Below, piece after piece: positions 10,777 through 14,464 of a stretch of 14,464 bases of DNA. The notes beneath the pieces are model-generated. The model was not told where the DNA came from. It saw nothing but the letters and a program-made list of their open reading frames with translations, and did not search any database. The position numbers and the translations under genes are program-made. How positions within the stretch are numbered: the stretch's first letter is position 1; every line of letters begins with the position of its first letter. The stretch comes from an uncultured Clostridia bacterium (lineage in GTDB: Bacteria; Bacillota; Clostridia; TANB77; CAG-508), in contig CAUWGC010000025.1 of the NCBI GenBank assembly GCA_963558405.1, positions 1-14,464 of the forward strand, given 5' to 3'.

Positions 10777-11310
10777 TTGAAATTATCATCAAACAAAGAA
10801 ACATTAGCAGAAAGTAAAATTATATTACTTTACTTGTTAAACAAAATTCAAAAACCAGTCACAAATGATGTATTATTAAAACTTGTAACAAATATTACTG
10901 ATATCAATTACTTCTATTTTCAACAATTTTTATTAGATTTAATAGATTCTCGTTATGTTGCAAATTATTCAAATGATAATAATGAAATCTTATATGAGAT
11001 AACAAGAGAAGGAAAAGATATTTTAGAATTAACACACGATATTATTCCAGGAATTATAAAATTAAAAATTGATAGTAATTTTAAACAGGAATTAGAAAAT
11101 GTAGAAGAAGAATTTTCTGTTACTTCCGATTTTATACCAACAGACGAAAATCATTTTACAGTTACTTGTAAAGTAATAGAAAATAGTAACAGTATTTTTG
11201 AAGTCAAAATTTTTGCAGGTTCAAGAGATACTGCAAAATCTATTTGCGATAATTGGAATAATCACGCAATTGATATCTATCCCAAAATTATTGAATTATT
11301 AACACATTAG
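10777..11310 (+). CDS. DUF4364 family winged-helix-like protein
   Basis: LAESKIILLYLL, NYFYFQQFLLDL, YEITREG.. and AKSICDNW......IY pattern; TTG start at 10777 after AGGAG. Confidence 0.8.
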   Translation: MKLSSNKETLAESKIILLYLLNKIQKPVTNDVLLKLVTNITDINYFYFQQFLLDLIDSRYVANYSNDNNEILYEITREGKDILELTHDIIPGIIKLKIDSNFKQELENVEEEFSVTSDFIPTDENHFTVTCKVIENSNSIFEVKIFAGSRDTAKSICDNWNNHAIDIYPKIIELLTH

Positions 11311-11312
11311 TA

Positions 11313-11353
11313 AGAAAATAGGAAGTGTAATTTTTACACTTCCTATTCTTTTT
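11313..11353. terminator. Bidirectional intrinsic terminator
   Basis: 14-bp perfect stem AATAGGAAGTGTAA-ttt-TTACACTTCCTATT followed by a T run, between convergent genes. Confidence 0.9.
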
Positions 11354-11567
11354 AAAGCTGAATAATAAGCATTCCTATTATTTCTGTAAATGTCCAAATA
11401 ACATATACAGTTGTTAAAAATTTGATTGTTTTTTTCTTTTTTCTGAAAATTAATCTAAGCTTCCGTCTTTGCCTTGGATAAATTATACATATAACTTCCC
11501 AAAACGTTCTTATAATTATTCCAATAACAAAAAGCCAGAATCCACTTAGAATCAAAATTTTTAACAT
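11352..11567 (-). CDS. Small two-helix membrane protein (71 aa)
   Basis: Two hydrophobic segments around a very basic loop; GGAGG RBS; own consensus promoter. Confidence 0.7.
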   Translation of the reverse strand: MLKILILSGFWLFVIGIIIRTFWEVICIIYPRQRRKLRLIFRKKKKTIKFLTTVYVIWTFTEIIGMLIIQL

Positions 11568-11598
11568 TAGTCATTCCTCCTAATTGTTTAATAACCTT

Positions 11599-11627
11599 AT
11601 TATACTCCTTGTTTTACATAATGTCAA
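11599..11627 (-). promoter_or_regulatory. Consensus sigma-A promoter
   Basis: Minus strand TTGACA-N17-TATAAT, exact consensus. Confidence 0.85.
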
Positions 11628-11642
11628 TTGCAATGTAGAATT

Positions 11643-13082
11643 TTAATATTGTCTTCCCCATACTACCATTGTATTTGCTGGTTTTCCACAACATACACAA
11701 GTATCAGAAATATGTTCTTGTTCAAAAGGAATACATCTAGAGTGTGCACCTGTTACTTCTTTTATTTTATCTTCACATTCTTCATTTCCACACCACATTG
11801 TTTTAACATAACCTTGGTTTTCGTTTATGTTTTTTTCAAATTCTTCCATGTTTTTTGCTATTGTTGTTTTATCTTCTCTTCGTTTTAAACATTCATTGTA
11901 CATATTTTTTTGAATATCTTCTAAAATTTCTTCCAATTTTGTTTCAATTTCATTTAAAGAAATTGTTAATTTTTCTCCATTATCTCTTCTTACAACAACA
12001 CAAACTCCATTTTCTATATCTCTTGGTCCAAGTTCTATTCTAACTGGTACTCCTCTCATTTCCCAATCATTAAATTTATATCCTGGTGTATAATTATCTC
12101 TACTATCTATTTCCATACGATATTTTTTATTTAACATTTCATATAACTCTGTTGCCTTTTCTAGCACACCTTCTTTTTGCATTGCAACAGGAATAATTAC
12201 AGCTTGAATTGGAGCTACTCTTGGTGGTAATTTTAATCCTCTGTTATCTCCATGTGCCATAATTACACCACCTATTAATCTTGTGCTAATTCCCCAAGAA
12301 GTTTGGTATGCATATTCTTGTTTACCTTCTCTATTTTGAAAAGAAATATCAAAACATTTAGTAAAATTTTGTCCAAAATAATGTGAAGTACCTGCTTGTA
12401 AAGCTCTTCCATCATGCATTAAAGATTCTACTGTATATGTAGCTTCTGCTCCTGCAAATTTTTCTTTAGGTGTTTTTCTACCCTTTAATACAGGAATTGC
12501 TAATAAATTTTCAATTACATCTGCATAAATATCTAGTATTTTTAAAGTAAATTCTTTTGCATCTTGTTCTGTTTCGTGTATTGTATGACCTTCTTGCCAT
12601 AAAAATTCTCTAGAACGTAAAAAAGGTCTTGTTTCTTTTTCCCAACGAAATACATTACACCATTGATTATATAAAAGTGGTAAATCTCTCCATGAGTTAA
12701 GCCATCTTGAATATAATGTTGAAAACATTGTTTCTGAAGTTGGTCTAATGCAAAGTCTTTCTTCTAACTCTTGACCTCCTCCTCTTGTTACCCAAGCAAC
12801 TTCTGGTGCAAATCCCTCTACATGTTCTTTTTCTTTATTTAATAAATGTTCTGGAATTAATACTGGTAAGTATACATTTTTAACTCCTACTTGTTTAAAT
12901 TTTTCATCAGCATATTTTTGTATATTTTCCCAAATAGCATATCCATATGGTTTAATTGCAATACATCCTTTTGTATCAGTATAATCAGCAAGCTCTGCTT
13001 TTAATACAATATCTGTGTACCATTTTGCAAAATCTTCTTCTATATTTGTTATCTCTCGTACAAAATCTTTTTCTTTACTCAT
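11643..13082 (-). CDS. proS: Proline--tRNA ligase (archaeal/eukaryote-like type, no INS editing domain)
   Basis: [48 protein letters not shown] and C-terminal CVCCGKPA...WGRQY; 479 aa from ATG 13082. Confidence 0.96.
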   Translation of the reverse strand: MSKEKDFVREITNIEEDFAKWYTDIVLKAELADYTDTKGCIAIKPYGYAIWENIQKYADEKFKQVGVKNVYLPVLIPEHLLNKEKEHVEGFAPEVAWVTRGGGQELEERLCIRPTSETMFSTLYSRWLNSWRDLPLLYNQWCNVFRWEKETRPFLRSREFLWQEGHTIHETEQDAKEFTLKILDIYADVIENLLAIPVLKGRKTPKEKFAGAEATYTVESLMHDGRALQAGTSHYFGQNFTKCFDISFQNREGKQEYAYQTSWGISTRLIGGVIMAHGDNRGLKLPPRVAPIQAVIIPVAMQKEGVLEKATELYEMLNKKYRMEIDSRDNYTPGYKFNDWEMRGVPVRIELGPRDIENGVCVVVRRDNGEKLTISLNEIETKLEEILEDIQKNMYNECLKRREDKTTIAKNMEEFEKNINENQGYVKTMWCGNEECEDKIKEVTGAHSRCIPFEQEHISDTCVCCGKPANTMVVWGRQY

Positions 13083-13746
13083 TTTCTTTCCTCTCTTCTT
13101 TATTATTATTTGCAATTTTTAATTCTTCCTCTAAATTTACAACTGGTTCTTCTATTTCTTCCCTTTCGGGTTCTGGAGCCTCTTTTGTTTCTTTATTAAA
13201 CTCTTCTAATACAATTTGTTCATTTTCATCTAATTTATACCTTGGAAGCTCTGGTAGTTCATCTAAAGAAGAATACCCAAACATCTTAAAAAATTCACCT
13301 GATACTTTATAAGTATTTGGTCTTCCTGGTGCATCCAACTTTCCTGCTTCTTCAATTAACCCATATTCTAGTAACTTATATATACTAGCATCTGCATTAA
13401 CACCTCGGATGGACTCAATCTCTGCCCTTGTTACTTTTGGATTATATGCAATTATTGCCAAAGTTTCTAATGATGCTGTTGATAAATTAGGTTTTGAACG
13501 TTTATCAAGTATTTGATATATATATTCATAATATTCTTTTTTACTACATAACTGATAACCATCTTCTATGCTAATTATCTCAATTCCTCTATTTGAATTT
13601 CTATATTCTTCTTTCATATTTTCAACTATATTTGTAACATCATCTGGCTCTATTTCTAAACATATAGCTATTTCACGTTTACTAACTTTTCTTCCAGCCG
13701 CAAATAAAATAGCTTCTATAACTCCCTTTACTTTATCTATTTCCAT
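13075..13746 (-). CDS. scpB: SMC-Scp complex subunit ScpB
   Basis: [45 protein letters not shown]...FG..SLDELP. Confidence 0.95.
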   Translation of the reverse strand: MEIDKVKGVIEAILFAAGRKVSKREIAICLEIEPDDVTNIVENMKEEYRNSNRGIEIISIEDGYQLCSKKEYYEYIYQILDKRSKPNLSTASLETLAIIAYNPKVTRAEIESIRGVNADASIYKLLEYGLIEEAGKLDAPGRPNTYKVSGEFFKMFGYSSLDELPELPRYKLDENEQIVLEEFNKETKEAPEPEREEIEEPVVNLEEELKIANNNKEERKENE

Positions 13747-13779
13747 AAAAAACCTTCTTTTTTATCTTTTAACAATAAC

Positions 13780-13808
13780 ATTATGACACGTATTTTCTTT
13801 ACTGTCAA
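13780..13808 (-). promoter_or_regulatory. Sigma-A promoter for scpB-proS
   Basis: Minus strand TTGACA-N17-CATAAT with TG extension. Confidence 0.75.
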
Positions 13809-13830
13809 TGTTATTTACCTTAAATCAAGC

Positions 13831-13864
13831 AAAAAATAGACTAAAACAAAACTGTTTTAGCCTA
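13831..13864 (-). terminator. Intrinsic terminator
   Basis: Minus strand TAGGCTAAAACA-gttt-TGTTTTAGTCTA-TTTTTT. Confidence 0.8.
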
Positions 13865-13882
13865 CATTATACAAATTTTATT

Positions 13883-14179
13883 CTATTTGTTTTTCTTTCC
13901 AAATGATATTTCTTGAAATAAGAAATCATGTACTTTTTTAAATGTTATTTCTTGGTGTAAGAAAGCATTTATTTCATCTTCAACTTTTTGTTGTTTTGGT
14001 GTTAATTCTACAGTTATTTCTTGGAATAAGAAATTTTTAATTTTTGTCCAAACGCTTACTTGTGATGGTAAATTACTTGCTACTGTAAATCCATTGTTAG
14101 AAAAGTTAGCACCTAATTCTCCACCAACAACACCTGCATTTTCTTGTATTTCTGCACCAGGTATTTTATTTTCTTCCAT
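13883..14179 (-). CDS. Small hypothetical protein (98 aa) with three FLxQEI repeats
   Basis: AAGGAGG RBS before ATG 14179; own terminator; internal repeats. Confidence 0.8.
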   Translation of the reverse strand: MEENKIPGAEIQENAGVVGGELGANFSNNGFTVASNLPSQVSVWTKIKNFLFQEITVELTPKQQKVEDEINAFLHQEITFKKVHDFLFQEISFGKKNK

Positions 14180-14272
14180 TTCTTTTTCCTCCTTTGTAAT
14201 TTCATAATAAATTGTTATCATAATACTTATACTACATTTTTTTTAATTTATCAAGCTAATTTAAGATTTTTT

Positions 14273-14302
14273 TTTATTACAATTTTATTACAGCTTTATT
14301 AC
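14273..14302 (-). repeat. Three GTAATAAA direct repeats with 11-bp period
   Basis: tttattac at 14273, 14284 and 14295 on the + strand. Confidence 0.8.
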
Positions 14303-14310
14303 GTGTTTTT

Positions 14311-14464
14311 CTATTTTACAATATTTCCCATTAATTCTAAATTATCTGTATTATCTATTTTTACTTTTGAAATTTCATTTTCTAAATTGTTGTTAGACTT
14401 TGCTTTTACTCGGGAGTTTGACAGTTTTGAATCCAAAAAATCTTTGAAAGCATTATGAATGCTT
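14311..14464 (-). CDS. 3' end of an unidentified CDS entering from the right edge
   Basis: Open frame ...SIHNAFKDFLDSKLSNSRVKAKSNNNLENEISKVKIDNTDNLELMGNIVK-TAG. Confidence 0.65.
   Translation of the reverse strand, partial: SIHNAFKDFLDSKLSNSRVKAKSNNNLENEISKVKIDNTDNLELMGNIVK

Noticed and set aside
7213-13746. AGG or CGA codons as additional shift or reassignment sites
   Set aside because: They occur in frame at conserved Arg positions of uninterrupted sequence (PAP2 RPRP and ScpB VTRAE use AGG; ScpB IRG uses CGA).
14273-14302. Short repeats as a CRISPR array or mobile-element end
   Set aside because: Only 8-bp units with 3-bp spacers; no cas or transposase gene in the window.

Overview
Very AT-rich Firmicute (Clostridia-like) chromosomal housekeeping region, almost all on the minus strand: hypothetical (partial), TetR regulator, YlmH-like S4 protein, dxs, polyprenol/phytol-kinase-like membrane protein, eno, GatD-like, MurT-like, hypothetical, ldh, PAP2 phosphatase, DUF4364 (+ strand), small membrane protein, proS, scpB, a small repeat protein and the 3' end of another CDS. 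No rRNA, tRNA, CRISPR or mobile element was seen. The main observation is that three conserved genes (dxs, eno, PAP2) are each split by one +1 frameshift. In all three the shift falls at an in-frame CGG codon (CTT-C-GGA, ACA-C-GGA, TTG-C-GGT). Skipping one base, i.e. reading CGGN as one Gly, restores full-length proteins with intact catalytic motifs. I found no in-frame CGG in any uninterrupted conserved gene here. This points to codon-triggered +1 frameshifting or quadruplet-like decoding of CGG rather than pseudogenes, but it is inferred from three sites only. Secondary observations: a GatD lacking its catalytic Cys/His, two small ORFs with in-frame CGG that act as test cases, and phased TGTAAT direct repeats.
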